Shown: positions 25,942-39,200 of the stretch, one piece after another | How the letters are laid out: the number at the start of each line of letters is the position of its first letter | Numbering within the stretch: position 1 is the stretch's first letter | Assembly (NCBI RefSeq): GCF_009914755.1 | Contig: NC_060936.1 | DNA: 64,000 nt | Source: the human T2T-CHM13v2.0 reference genome, Homo sapiens | Reading direction: 5' to 3' (one strand) | Program-made: the position numbers and the translations under genes | Notes under the pieces: generated by a model | Databases searched by the model: none | Seen by the model: the letters and a program-made list of their open reading frames with translations, nothing else | Told to the model about the DNA's origin: nothing

Positions 25942-27747
25942 GCTAGAAAGATCTTAAGTTAACAACCTAACATCACAACTAAAAGAACTAGAAAACCAAG
26001 AGCAAAGAAATCCCAAAGCTACCAGAAGACAAGAAACAATCAATATCAGAGCTGAACTGAAAGGAATAGAGACATGAAAAACTGTTCAAAAAATCAACCA
26101 ATCCCGGAGCTGTTTTTTTTTAAAAAAAACTAATAAAATAAATATATCACTAGCTATACTAATAAAGAAGAAAAGAGAATATTTAAATAAACACAATTAG
26201 ATGATAAGGGGAATACTACCACTGACCTCACAGAAATACAAACAACGATCAGAAAACATTATAAACACCCTATGCACATAAACTAGAAAATCTAGAAGAA
26301 GTGGATAAATTCCTGGACACATACACCCTCCCAAGATTGAAACAGGAAGAAATTAAATCTCTGAATAGACCAATAATGAGTTCTGAAATTGAGGCAGTAA
26401 TAAATAGCTTATCCACTAAAAAAAGCCCAGGACCAGACAGATTCACAGAATTGTTCCAGAGGTACAAGGGAAAGCTGGTACCATTCCTACTGAAATTATT
26501 CCTAAATAAATGAAAAGGAAGGACTCCCCCCTAGCTCTTTCTAGGAGGCTAGCATCACACTGATAAACCTGGCAGAGATACATGAAAAAACAAAACAAAA
26601 CAAAACAAAATAAACTTCAGGCCAATATCCTTGATAAACATTAATGGGAAAATCTTTAACAAAATACTAGCAAACCAAATCCAGCAAAAACTTAGACACC
26701 ATGATCAAGTAGGCTTCATCCCTGGGATTCAAGGTTTGTTCAATATATGCAAATCTATAAGTGTGATTCATCACATAAACAGAAATAAGGACTAAAACCA
26801 CATGATTATCTCAATACATGCAGAAAAGGCGTTCAATATAATACAACATCGCTTCATGTTAAAAATTCTTAATTAACTAGGTATTAAATGAACATACATC
26901 AAAATAATGAGCCATATGTGACAAACCCACAGCTAATATTATACTGAATGGGCAAGAGCTGGAAGCATTCCTTTTGAAAACCAGAACAAGACAAGGTTGC
27001 CCTCTCTCACCACCCCTAGTGAACATAGTATTGGAAGTTCTGGCCAGGGCAATCAGTCAAGAGAAAGAAGTAAATGGCATTCAAATAGGAGGAGAGGAAG
27101 TCAAACTATTCCCGTTTGTAGATGACATGATCCTATATCTAGAAAACCCCATCATCTCAGCTCAAAATCTTCTTAAGCTAATAAGCAACTTCAGCAAGTC
27201 TCAGGATACAAAATCAATGTGAAAAAATGACTAGCATTCCTATATGCAAAAAACAGACAAGTGAGAGCCAAATCATGAATAAACACCCATTCACAATTGC
27301 TGCAAAAAGAACAAAATACCTAGGAATACAGCTAATAAGGGAAGCGAAGGATCTCTTCAAGGAGAAGTATAAACTTCTCAAATCAGAGAAGACAAAACTA
27401 ATGAAAAACATGCCATGCTCATGGATAGGAAGAATTAACATTGTTAAAATGGCCATACTGCCCAAAGCATAGATTCAATGCTATTCCCATTAAACTGCCA
27501 ATGACATTCTTTATGGAATTATAAAAAACTATTTTAAAATTTAAATAAAAACCAAAAAGAGCCTGAATGGCCAAGGCAACTCTAAGCAAAAAGAACAAAA
27601 CTGGAGGCATCATACCACTCGACTTCAAATTATACTACAGGACTACAGTAACCAAAACAGCATGGTACTGGTACAAGAACACATACGTAGACCAGTGAAA
27701 CAGAATAGAAAACCTAGAAATAAGATCATACACCTACAAATATCTGA

Positions 27748-27864
<117 letters not shown>

Positions 27865-28285
27865 TAAGATGCATTAAACATTTAAATATAAAACCCAAAA
27901 CTATAGAAACCCTAGAAGGAAACCTAGGCAATACCATTCAGAATATAGCCAGGGGCAAAGATTTCATGATGAAGACACCAAAAGCAATTGCAACGAAAGC
28001 AAAAATTGACAAATAGGATCTAATTAAACTAAAGAGCTTCTGCACTGCAAAAAGAAACTATCAACAGAGTAAACAGACAACTTACAGAATGGGAGAAAAA
28101 TTTTGCAAACTATGCATGTGAAAAAAGGTCTAATATATTGCATCTACAAGGGACTTAAATAAATTTACAAGAAAACAATAAACAACTGCATTAAAAAGTG
28201 GGTAAAGGACACAGACAGACACTTTTCAAAAGAAGACATACATGTGGCCAACAAACACGTGACAAAAAGCTCAACATCAGTGAGC

Positions 28286-28348
28286 TTTTTAATGATCAGT
28301 GGATCATTTTTAATGATCAGTGGATCATTTTTAATGATCAGTGGATCA
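28286..28348. repeat. Perfect 3 x 21-bp tandem repeat TTTTTAATGATCAGTGGATCA
   Basis: Units at 28286, 28307 and 28328. Confidence 0.97.
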
Positions 28349-29454
28349 TTAGTGAAATGCAAATCAAAACCACAATGAGATACCATCTCACACCACTCAG
28401 AATGGCTATTATTTGAAAAGACAAAACATAACAGATGCTGGCGAGGCTGTAGAGAAAGAGGAATGCTTTTACACTGTTGATGGTTTGTAACTTAGTTCAA
28501 CCATTGTGAAAGGCAGTGTGCTGATTCCTCGGAGACCTAGAGGCAGACATACCATTTGCCCCAGCAATCCTATTACTCTATTACTGGGTATATACCCAAA
28601 GGGACGTAAATCATTCTGTTATAAAGATACATGAACACCTATGTTCATTATAGCCCTATTCACAATAGCAAAGATGTGGATTCAAGCTAAATACCCATCA
28701 ACAGTTGACTGAATACAGAAAATATGGTACATATATGCTATGGAATACTATACAGCCATAAAAGGAACAAGATCATGTCCTTGCAGGAACATGGATGGAG
28801 CTGGAGGCCATTGTCTTTAGCAAACTAATGCAGAAACAGAAAACCAAATACCACATGTTCTCACTTAATAGTGGGAGGTAAATGATGAGAACACATGGAC
28901 ACATGGAAGGGTACAAAACACATTGGGGCCTGTGGAGGGCAGTGGATTGGAGGAGGGAGAGGATTAGGAAGAATAGCAGGTGGATATTGGGCTTACTACC
29001 TGGGTGCTGGGATGATCTGTGCAGAAAGTCATCATGGCAAACGTTTACCTATGTAACAAACCTGCACATCCTGACATGTACCCATGAACTTAAAAGTTGG
29101 GAATAAAAAAAATTAAATGATGACAATGATGTTGTTTCATATATGTACAAAACTGGATGGAAGAAAAGACTATTATAGAATCTGATTAGAAGAATCTTAG
29201 TAGAATCTTATTCTACTCATTGAATACAGGAAAAAGATGTATTTTGGCTTATGGTTATATTGATGAAACAAGCCTAAATTTAACTCAATAACTCTTTTGT
29301 TGCAATATACATATTTTTTATTTTACACCTTTAAGCATTCCCACCATTTTCACCTAAAAGTAGTGCCTAATGGAGTCTGAAAAATTCATTGAATAGGAAA
29401 ATTGGTCAAAGTTGTGTACCTCTTCTGTTAGGGAAATATGCTATTATGCTAAAG

Positions 29455-29637
29455 CAGTGGTTCTCAATGTGTGGTCCAAGACCTGCAACATTAGCATCAG
29501 TTGTGAATTTGTTAGACATGCAGCTTCTCAGGAGCTACCTCAAATCTACTAAATCAGAAATTTTGAATGAGGGGCCAAGTAAGCTGAATTTAATCAAGCC
29601 CTCCATGCTGATGCTTGTTAAAATATTAGAAAGCTGA
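29455..29637. mobile_element. MER5A hAT-Charlie MITE
   Basis: cagtggttctcaa terminus; body with aaatctactaaatcagaaa..aagccctcca. Confidence 0.75.
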
Positions 29638-29831
29638 AAAGTACTGATGTAGATTATTTTAGATTGAAAAGTTTAATGCAAATACGTATCACCTATAAAA
29701 CTATGAGTGGTCACAGATTATGGAGGAGAGAGAGAAACTAACAGAAAATGACTCAAATAAGAAATAGTATAAGAAAAGAGAGAGGTTACTTTCATCTGAT
29801 AGAGGTTCTTTGCATTTAAATGGAATAATAA

Positions 29832-31003
29832 TGTCAACCTAAAAAATTAAAAAGGCAAGAATCTGGTTTAAAGGGTATATTCTAGCAAAAAGGTTGAAGG
29901 TGGGCCATCCAGGAAAGCACAGATCCAAAGAATGGAAGTCAGTGTTCCAAAAAATAGAAATTTTGGATAATTTTGTTGATGAAAAAATCAAATTCTGTAA
30001 GATATTTGAAGAGATTTATTCTGAGCCAAATATGACAGACCAGTAGCCCATAACACAGCCCTTAGGAGATCCTGAGAACATGTGCTTAAGGTGGTGAGGC
30101 CAAAACATGGTTTTATGTATTTTAGGAAAACATAAGACATCAATTAATACATGCAGGCTGTACATTGGTTTGGTTCAGAAAAGTGGAACATCTGGAAGTG
30201 GGGGCTTTCAGATCTTAAGTAGAGTCAAAGATTTTTCTTATTGGCAATTGGTTGAAAGAGTTAAGTTGTTGTATAAATACTCAGGGAAGTCTGGGTTAAG
30301 ATAAGGGGTTGTGGAAACCAAGGACCAAGGTTTTATTGTGCAGGCAAAGCCTCCAGGTAGCAGGCTTCAGAAAGAAAAAATTGTAAGTGTTTCTTTTCAG
30401 GCTTAAAGAGTCTGTTCTATTAGTAACTCCAAAAGGGAAGAAGGTATAATAAGCTATTTCTGACCCCCTCTTCCCATCATGGCTAGTTTTTCAGGTTATC
30501 TTTGGAATGCCCTTTGCCAAGAGGAAGGGTCCATTCACATAGTTGAAGGGCTTAGAATTTTATTTTTGATTAACAATTTATATAGGCAAAGTTCAAGAAA
30601 CTTTAATGGAAGTTTAACAGAATTTCAATATATTTTTATGTAAGGCTTAATACATAGTTATCGCAATCTGATTAGGCAAAGTTATATTTTTTATTGTTTT
30701 TTAGGAAAGGTATATTTAACATTCTACACTACACCCTGTTTGGGTGCCATCTGATCTGAGTTAGGTAAAGGACAATAAAGCAAGTGGTTAATCTATAACA
30801 AAGATCAGTGATTGGATATAGAAGTTCTGTCTCTGGTCTTTTCTAGTCATTTACAGAACAAGAACAATGAGGAAGAGAGTTAAGCTATAACCTAAGAAGC
30901 AGATTTGCAAACATGTTATGTGACTCAGCTCACAGTCACATCTCTCTCAAGGTTTCAAGTGTTTTGGGGTTCAAACAGTTTTTAGATTTCATTTATTTTC
31001 ACA
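29832..31003 (-). mobile_element. ERV1 (MER4-group) solo LTR interrupted by a second LTR
   Basis: tgtcaacc...ttttcaca termini; 4-bp TSD ataa/atga. Confidence 0.65.
29974..30575 (-). mobile_element. MER4-family solo LTR nested in the outer LTR
   Basis: tgttgatg...attaaca termini; perfect TSD ATTT at 29970-29973 and 30576-30579; gatttattctgagccaaatatga motif. Confidence 0.85.
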
Positions 31004-31357
31004 ATGATGAAACTACTTTCTAGAAAAGAGAGAGCCATACCTAGAAAGAAGTGAGAAAGCAAAAACATACAATTTACAGATTCTCCACACAGCCCAGGTC
31101 TACAAACACCTGGAGAATAATAATAACATATAAGTTTGTAGATTTCACTGGCATTCCCTCTTCCACAGAGTTTATATCAGAGGACAAACATTTCTATTAC
31201 TGAAAGCTCTTCAGCTTGAGAAACAGCTTTAGTTTTACGAATCCTGCAGTAAATATGCATAGCCACATGATGCAAGAGCGTAGCAGTATCCAGTGAGTCA
31301 CATTCTGGGCCTGAGAGGGAGGGGATTTTATTTTTTAATTTAGGTAACTCTGGGTCT

Positions 31358-31420
31358 TATTCTTTTCTTTTTAGAGACAGCATCTGGCTCTGTCACGCAG
31401 GCTAGAGTGTAGTGGCATGT
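31358..31420 (-). mobile_element. Alu 3' fragment (AluJ/FLAM-like)
   Basis: tttttagagacag..ctctgtcacgcaggctagagtgtagtggc. Confidence 0.75.
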
Positions 31421-32949
31421 GGTATTTATTCTTTCTTGGAGAATAATGCTTACTCTAACATATAAGAAATTTCCAAGTTGATAAAAATGTGAAATTATGG
31501 TAATCCTTCTTTTGGTTTGTTTCACTAAAAATAGTTATTATTGAAATATCTTTGCTTTAGTAGTTGAATAATTCATGAAAAAACATGATTAACTTATGAT
31601 AAACTTTACAAACACCAACACCACATTTTTTTCCTAGTATGTTACTATAGCCTCTTCACTGTTCTAAACTGTCAGTTCAGATTTAGTTAGGGCCTTATGT
31701 TAAATTTTTCTTTACATTTTGATCTGAATTTACTAGACTCTCTTTAGGTAATTTTGAAAGTAGAGTAAAATTTTCTGTAGCTGCTACCATGTTTGGAGTC
31801 AAATACCCACATATGGATGTGTGTCTCCGTAAAACATCTTTTGGCACAAGCATGTTGCATCTTACCATGTATGTTAACTTAGGCATAAATATATGCAGCC
31901 TGCAACAGGTGTGAATACCATGCAGAGAGGGTCTCATGATCTTTGGCTAATGTAATTAAACAGCCCAGCATTTTCTAAAGGCATGTCTATTTAATTACTT
32001 CACATTGTTAATGATTCCATATGAAGGTGATTTTTCCCCTCATGATCTCATAGATGAAAAAAATAGATTCTTACATATTTTTGGGGGGTATACAGAGGAA
32101 ATGGTGGTTTTATGGAATTAGATGCCTCTAAAATTTTCCCCCTTTTGTGACAACGTAGTCGCTGAAAACAAAGACATTCACACTGTTACTTCTGTGTACC
32201 AGGGAAAGCTTTGATCAAAGTTTTACCATGTGTCATTATCAGGTAATACATTCTTCACAGTTGGTAATTAGCAGGTGATAATGAAAAGCAAGTCCAATAT
32301 TTCACATATGCCCTTAAAAGCTACATCTCCAGCAGGAGGAAAGAGCTGAGAAATTGATTTACAAAATAGTTTTCCACATATTGCTTCACTAAATAGAAAG
32401 ACAAATCCCTTTTAAAATCAGAAGCTGGACAAATGTGAGGAAATCAGAATCTGCAAGCAACCAGATAATGTTATTGATCATTAACTGTGGATTATCTGTT
32501 ACATGCAGTGTAGTTTGGTGGAACTGATTTTTAAAGTTAACAGAGACTATTTTCATAGATAACTGACTCCAAGCAAATATCTTGGCTCATTTACAATTAT
32601 TTTCCTGTGATTATGATTTTTTCTTTTTTTAAATGTAATTGAATATTGATAAATTATAATTGTATATATTTACATACATATGATATATGTATATAACGTG
32701 GAATGATTGGATCAAGCTAATTAACATGTCCATCACTTCGAATAATTCAACAAAAGTTAAATTTCCTGGAAATTGGGTACCAGCCAAATCTACTGGACAA
32801 TACCTAATGGACAACATGGCATGATTTTGTGTTAACGACGTATCTGACTCAGAATCTCTATCACTAGATTACTAAGGTGATAGACATGTCCAATTTAAAT
32901 CATTCTTGAGGATTAAAACAGGGAGCAAGCAAAAGATTAAGGTTAAATT

Positions 32950-33205
32950 CTAAAGCGCTGGAATCAGAAGTTTAAGGTTTTCATCTTCAGTACTATATGC
33001 TCAGTCTGAGCAAGTTTTGACAAGTTTCTTAAACATTCTGACTCTGTGCTGCTTCCTCTGTAAGACTGATGGGGTGAATAAAAGTGAAGATTTCATGGGG
33101 AGATGTGAGAAATATGTGTGAGCATACAAGTGAGGTCCTTAGTTTACTGCTTGGCAATGAAAGCCAAGGCATAATTTTTAGCTATTATTATTTTTATTAC
33201 TATTA
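32950..33205 (+). mobile_element. MIR remnant
   Basis: acaagtttcttaaacattctgactctg..ttcctctgtaa core and ttattatta end. Confidence 0.6.
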
Positions 33206-35257
33206 CTCCTTCTATTATCATTTATGTTCAGCAGAGCCCTGGTAACATTTACCTAGATACCATCCTGGACAAGGTGGGATATTAAGCTATAATCATCCAC
33301 TGATGAACATGAAATTGTACACAGGATTAGATAGTTTTCACCTAAAATGAGAAAACATTTTGAATAGTGGAATGCAGGGCAGGTTGGTTTTGAAAAAGCA
33401 TAGAGATTGAGAAAAAACTTCAGTGCATGAGTCAATTCTTGCCCAAGGAAGGCAAGCTTAGGTGTGTCCTAGGAAGTAAGTACCTCATTATTTCATGACT
33501 GTAGTGGACTGGTCAGTAACAGAATGCATCAAAGGAAAAGTGCAATTTTTCAATGCAGAGTGAAGAATTTAGGGAATAAACCTTAAATTACGCAGGAGGT
33601 AAATTTTACTCATTAATATATATTTATTGAATGATAGACATGTATTGGGGACTGTATTAGGAGAGGTGACAACAAGCTTTAATATGTCTGTTAAAGACAA
33701 CAGTTCTAATATAACTTGCAGAGAAATATAAAAATGTACTAGCACACATGTAATTGGTTTATATATGTGTTTTAAAATGCTGAATTATAATACGATAGTC
33801 AAAGGTTACATTTGTGCCTAATTTTTGCATAATCACAGATTATTTCACCATACAGCAGTTGCCATTATTTTTCCATTTTAAAAGCTTATTAATAGAACAA
33901 TTTCCTTCTAGAAAAGTCTTATTACCTGTGCTATAATAGATGACAATAAATAGAAAGGAATTTTTAGATAAGATAAAGCAAAGTTACCTTCTATAAGGTT
34001 CTGTAGTAAATCTGTAAAAGTTACAGCTCTACATTTCACTCAATTGACCCACTATAATTGTAATAATAAATAATTACCTTTTTTGGACACTCTAAGATTG
34101 TTCACTATGACTGTACAATTCTTACAGTAACTGGCTACTGAGAAAATGCCAAAGGCATTCAAGGAGTTCATGCAAGGATTTTCCTTTATTAGTCTTTGCT
34201 GTTGAGTAAAATTATGTTTAATGAGAGGTAAACAGTGCAGGGGTGACAGTGCTGTGTTTTGGATAACTATGGAAACTGTTGCTAAGAAGCACACAACATC
34301 TGCAAATTCATTTCCTGAACCCAGTTTCCAGCCCCCAACCTTGCCCCATTTCTGGGAATTATATTGCCATTTACTGTGCAATTGTTGGTCACTGAATATT
34401 TTAGAGTACATGGGCTAATGATAAACAGTATCACATCATCTTTCAGTCTGAAAACACACTGTCATAGAAGCATCAGGACTGCTAATGAGAGAAGAGATAG
34501 ATGTTAATTTTTAGTCAGAATTATAGTGAGAATATTGATTCCTTATATTAACTATTTCTATTGCTTATTATATTCCCAGCATCTGTGACAAGCCATGAAA
34601 AAGAATCTGTTTGAAAAAGAATACAACATTACTTTGCTCCTGTTCCCATGTGTCCTTTTTTGATTTTGTAATCTGGAAGATACAAGCTAAATTTATTTTA
34701 AAAATAGTGAAAATCACCTCCCAACAAATCATTACATATTATATAATGCTTGATGATACTCTTTGTCATGGGTTGTTTTGTGTGTGTGTTCATTTAAAAT
34801 ATGCCTTTGCAATAGGAAACACATACTCTGACAATTTTACAGGCCAATAAACAAATCTGTATTATTAATTACCACTGTCAGAACGTGTCTTGGTATTTGA
34901 TTACTGGCAATGGTTCTTGCTGAACAGATTCATAGTAATAAGATCCTTGATTCTCTGGAAACGTAGCCTGACAAATTAACCAACCTGTGATTTATCCAAT
35001 CAAGAGAATTCTCAGAAAGATTTGAGTGTTTCCCGCCATTTCAATTATAAAAATAAAACTAGTTAGCCTGATATCAAGATAGATATTTTTTTCCTCTCTC
35101 AATTCTTAGAAGAATCAAGTTTTGCTCATGGCTTACATTGAGATATTTCTGTAGACACATGAAATTGCAAAAAAATTTTGGTTTATGAAATTCAAATGAC
35201 ATGTATATACTAATTAACAGCATCACCCTTAAGAGTGGAAAAGTAAGCTTAAAAATT

Positions 35258-36203
35258 ACGTCAGTTTTCTGTTGCTGCTGTAAAAAATTGCAACAGACTT
35301 CGTGGTTGAAAACAACATGAATTCATTGTCTTACACTTCTGGGGGTCTGAAATCTGGATTGGTCCCACTGGGAAAAAAGAAAGATGTTGGTATAGTTTGG
35401 ATCCACGTCCCCACCAAATCTCATGTAAAATTGTAATTGCCAATGTTGTAGATGGGGCATTGTAGAAGGTGATTGGATCATGAGGGCAGATTCCTCATGA
35501 ATGGTTTAGCACCATCCTTCTTGGTACTGTCCTTGCAATAGTGAGTGAGTTCTCATGAGATCTGGTTGTATAAAAGTATGCAGCACCTCCCTACACTTCT
35601 TGCTACTGTTCCCACCATCTGGAATGTTTAGCTCCCTCTTTGCCTTCCACCATGATTATAAGTTTCCTGACACCTTCACAGAAGCCAAGCAGATGCCAGC
35701 TTCATGCTTTCTATAGCGCCTGTAGAACCGTGAGCCAATTAAACCTCTTTTCTTTATAAATTATCCAGTCTCAGGTATTTCCCTGTAGCAATGTGAGAAC
35801 AGACTAGTACAGATGTTGTCAAGGCTGCATTTCTTCTAGAGGCTGTAGGAAAGAATCTGTTTCCTTGCCTTTTTCCCCTTCTAGAGGCCACCCACATTTC
35901 TTGGCTCATAATTATTTTCTATCTTTAAAACCACTAATGGCCAGTTGAGTTTTTTTCACTCTGTGTCTTACAGTAACACTGACTCTTCTGTCTCCCTCTG
36001 TCACTTATAAGGATCACTGTGGTTACATTGGGCTCACCCAGATAGATAATTCAAAATAATATGCTCATCTTAAGTTCAGCTAATTAAAAACTGTATTTCT
36101 CCCGGCAACCTTAATTCTCCTTTGCTCTGTACCATAATATAGTCACAGGATTCAGGGATTAGGACATGGACATATTTGGGGGAACATTATTCTACATACA
36201 TCA
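35258..36203 (-). mobile_element. MLT1 (B/C/D-like) solo LTR interrupted by an MST LTR
   Basis: gctgctgtaa..aaaacaacatgaattcattgtcttaca; resumes at 35817; ends ggacatggacatatttgggggaacattattc. Confidence 0.8.
35388..35811 (+). mobile_element. MSTA/B-like solo LTR
   Basis: tggtatagtttgg...gactagtaca; perfect TSD GATGT at 35383-35387 and 35812-35816. Confidence 0.9.
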
Positions 36204-39200
36204 GAACATAAGCTGATTTTTCAGAATTCATATTGAGAAGGACGTAACTATATTCATTACTGTAGCCAATTATTTTGTTATTGCAATGTTGGACTCTGCT
36301 AATCTATTTTTTTATGTTATTATGAATTGTGTCAGTTCAAAAATGTTTACTACTTAAGCAATCTCTACCCAACTCCTAGAATTAGATTTCTGAAAACCTT
36401 AGAAATGAGAGAAACCATATGGGAAAATAAGTTTACTGGAGCAAATTAATAAATTGTATATGTATATATAAAATACTCATAAATATATATACACTCATTC
36501 ACTGAAACAAAATACACAAGAAAAAACAAAAAACAATCACTAAACAAGTGTAATATATTTTACAAATCCTAATATGCAAATTTGTCACATTTTAACATTT
36601 AACATTTCGATTTGGGATGGATCTTTTAAGTGCTATTTTTCTGTGGCAGTCATGAAGCACCATTTTGTCTGCACAGTCCATCAAAACTTGCAGAGTAAGT
36701 ATAGCTAGTTTGGAAGAAAATTTCAGATACAATGATGAACACTCTTTTAAGAAATGCTGTAATTCTAAAACTCCTGCTGGCAGAGAATAATATGTGAAAA
36801 CACATACACACCCACACACATAAACACATGCACACTCTAAGTTGAAGAGTTTCAGAAGAGTTAGACACGGACTGTTGAAGTATTTTAATGACATTTTAAC
36901 AAATATATTTCACTTATATTTTCCTTCTTATGTAAGTGAAAGCATAACATTATTATGTCTAAAAATCTATTTTAATATAAAATGAAACTACAAGTGGAAG
37001 GATAGTGTAATATTTTCATTAGCAGCATCTTTTATTTATTGGTATTACATAAATGGTAGTGTTTCCTATCATTGATGGAATTCTAGCTTCAGTGAAATAG
37101 TGTATGAATTTTGTCTTTCTATTGCTCTTGCCTTTGGGAAACCTACTATCCCAATACCATTTTGAAAGGTCACTCATTGTATTCCATCTTTACTACAAGG
37201 GTAAATGGTGGCTGATCCAAGTAAGTGAATCAGAATGTTACCAGATCTTTACATTGGGGTATATTAGTCATGGTACAGCCATCTGCAACATAAAGATGAG
37301 TAGTGATTTAAGCCAGCTGTTTACTTAAAACTCTTGCCAAAATTAATTTCTAAAAGGGCTGGGGTTTAAATAATGGTCAGAGTGTTTCCTAAGCTATGAT
37401 ATATTAGTCTTAGAAGCGTTTGTTCTGATTCTGCTAGAATGAGGAGAAATTTGAATCACGTTTACTGAATCCAATTAAGATTATCTTTCTAGAACACATG
37501 AAGGCAGAAAAATAAGACCAAGTGTTAAATAAATGTACGCAAGAACAACTGTAAGAAATGAAGATAAATAAAAGTCCATGTGAGGTTCACTGAGGTCCTG
37601 GATCTAGACATGCCTGAAGGAGCAATGACCTTGAATATGACCTTGGATTTACTATTTCCTCAAAAATTTTTGAATTGAGTTTTACCTTCCAAAAGAAAGA
37701 ACCATGACAAGTATGATAATACATAATTAATTATTTCTTAATGTTAATTTTAAATAAACTTCTGAGATGATGCAACATCTCTAATGATGGCAATGATGAA
37801 AAGAATTATAGCAGAGCAAAGCAGGAAGATACATTGTTATTAGGAAAGGACAGCTCCAAGCCCACTTCACCTCAAACTTACATATCTCCATACTTTCACA
37901 ATTATCTAATTTTTGAAAAAATAAATATTATTGTGTATATTTTTCTGGTTTACAATATGTTGTTATGGGATACATATAGACAGTAAAATGGTTTCTACAG
38001 TGAAGCAGATTAACATATTACACATAGTTAATTTATTGTGATAAGAGCAACTAAAATCTTATTTATTAAAAATCTCTAAGGTAGTGCAATTTTATTAACT
38101 TTAGTTCTTATGTTATACACTAGAGCTCTAGACTTGTTTATCCTGTATTTTTGCTAGTTTATATTCTTTGACCTACATCTAACCATTTTTTTCTCCCTCC
38201 TCTACCCAATCCATGGTAACCATTCATTCTCAATATTTGTGTATTTGAGCTTATTTTTTTTGGGTTATATTCCACCTATAAGTGAGATCATGCAATGTTT
38301 TTCTCTCTTTGTCTGGCTTATTTCACTTAGCATAATGTCCTCCAGTTTCATCTGCATTGTGGCAAGTGGAAGGATCTCTATCTTCATTAAAATTGAATAA
38401 TATTGTTACATATTTATTCCACATTTTATTTATCAATCCATCTGTCAATAGACCGGTGGATTGTTTTTATATCTTACCTATTGTAAATAATGCTTCAATA
38501 TACATGATAGTGCAGGTATCTTTATAAGGTGTTGACTTCATCTACTTTGGGTATGTGTTCAGAAGAGGAATTGCTGGGTCATATGGTAGTTCTATTTTGG
38601 ATTTCTTTAGGAACCTCCATATTGTTTGTCATAATGGATGTACCAATCTCCATTCCCACCAACAGTGTACTAGAGTTCACTTTTCTTCACACCCTCAATA
38701 ACGTTTATTATTTCTTTTTTTTTATAATAGCCATCCTTGCAGGCATGAGGTGATTCCTCACAGTGGTTATAATTTGCATTTCCCTTATGATTAGTGACAT
38801 TGAATGTCTTTTAATAGATCTGTTGACTATTTTGGGGTCTTTATAAGAGAATTATGTACACAGTTTCCTTGCTCATTTTAAAATTGAATTATTTGTATTT
38901 CTGCTATTGAGTTGTAAGAGTTCTTTATAAATGTTGTATATTAACCTCTTATCAAATATGTGATTTACACTCACTTTTTTCCCAGTGTAGGTTGACTTGG
39001 TTGTTTGCTTGCTGTGCAGAAGCATTTTAGTTTTACGTAGTTCAATTTATTTATTTTTATTTGTGTAGCCTGAGCTTTTGGTGTGATATCCAAAAAATTA
39101 TTGCAAAGGCCAATGTAAAGGAGCTTCCCTGTACATTCTCTTCTAGAATTATTATGGTTTTGAGTGTTACATTTAGGTCTTTTATCCATTTTGGGTTGAC

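Noticed and set aside
28165-28416. 21-bp palindromic direct repeats as a CRISPR-like array, or the NDPLIIK/FNDQWII repeat peptides as proteins
   Set aside because: There are no spacers and no cas genes; the repeats lie within a dead L1 ORF2 and the peptides are by-products of the DNA repeat.
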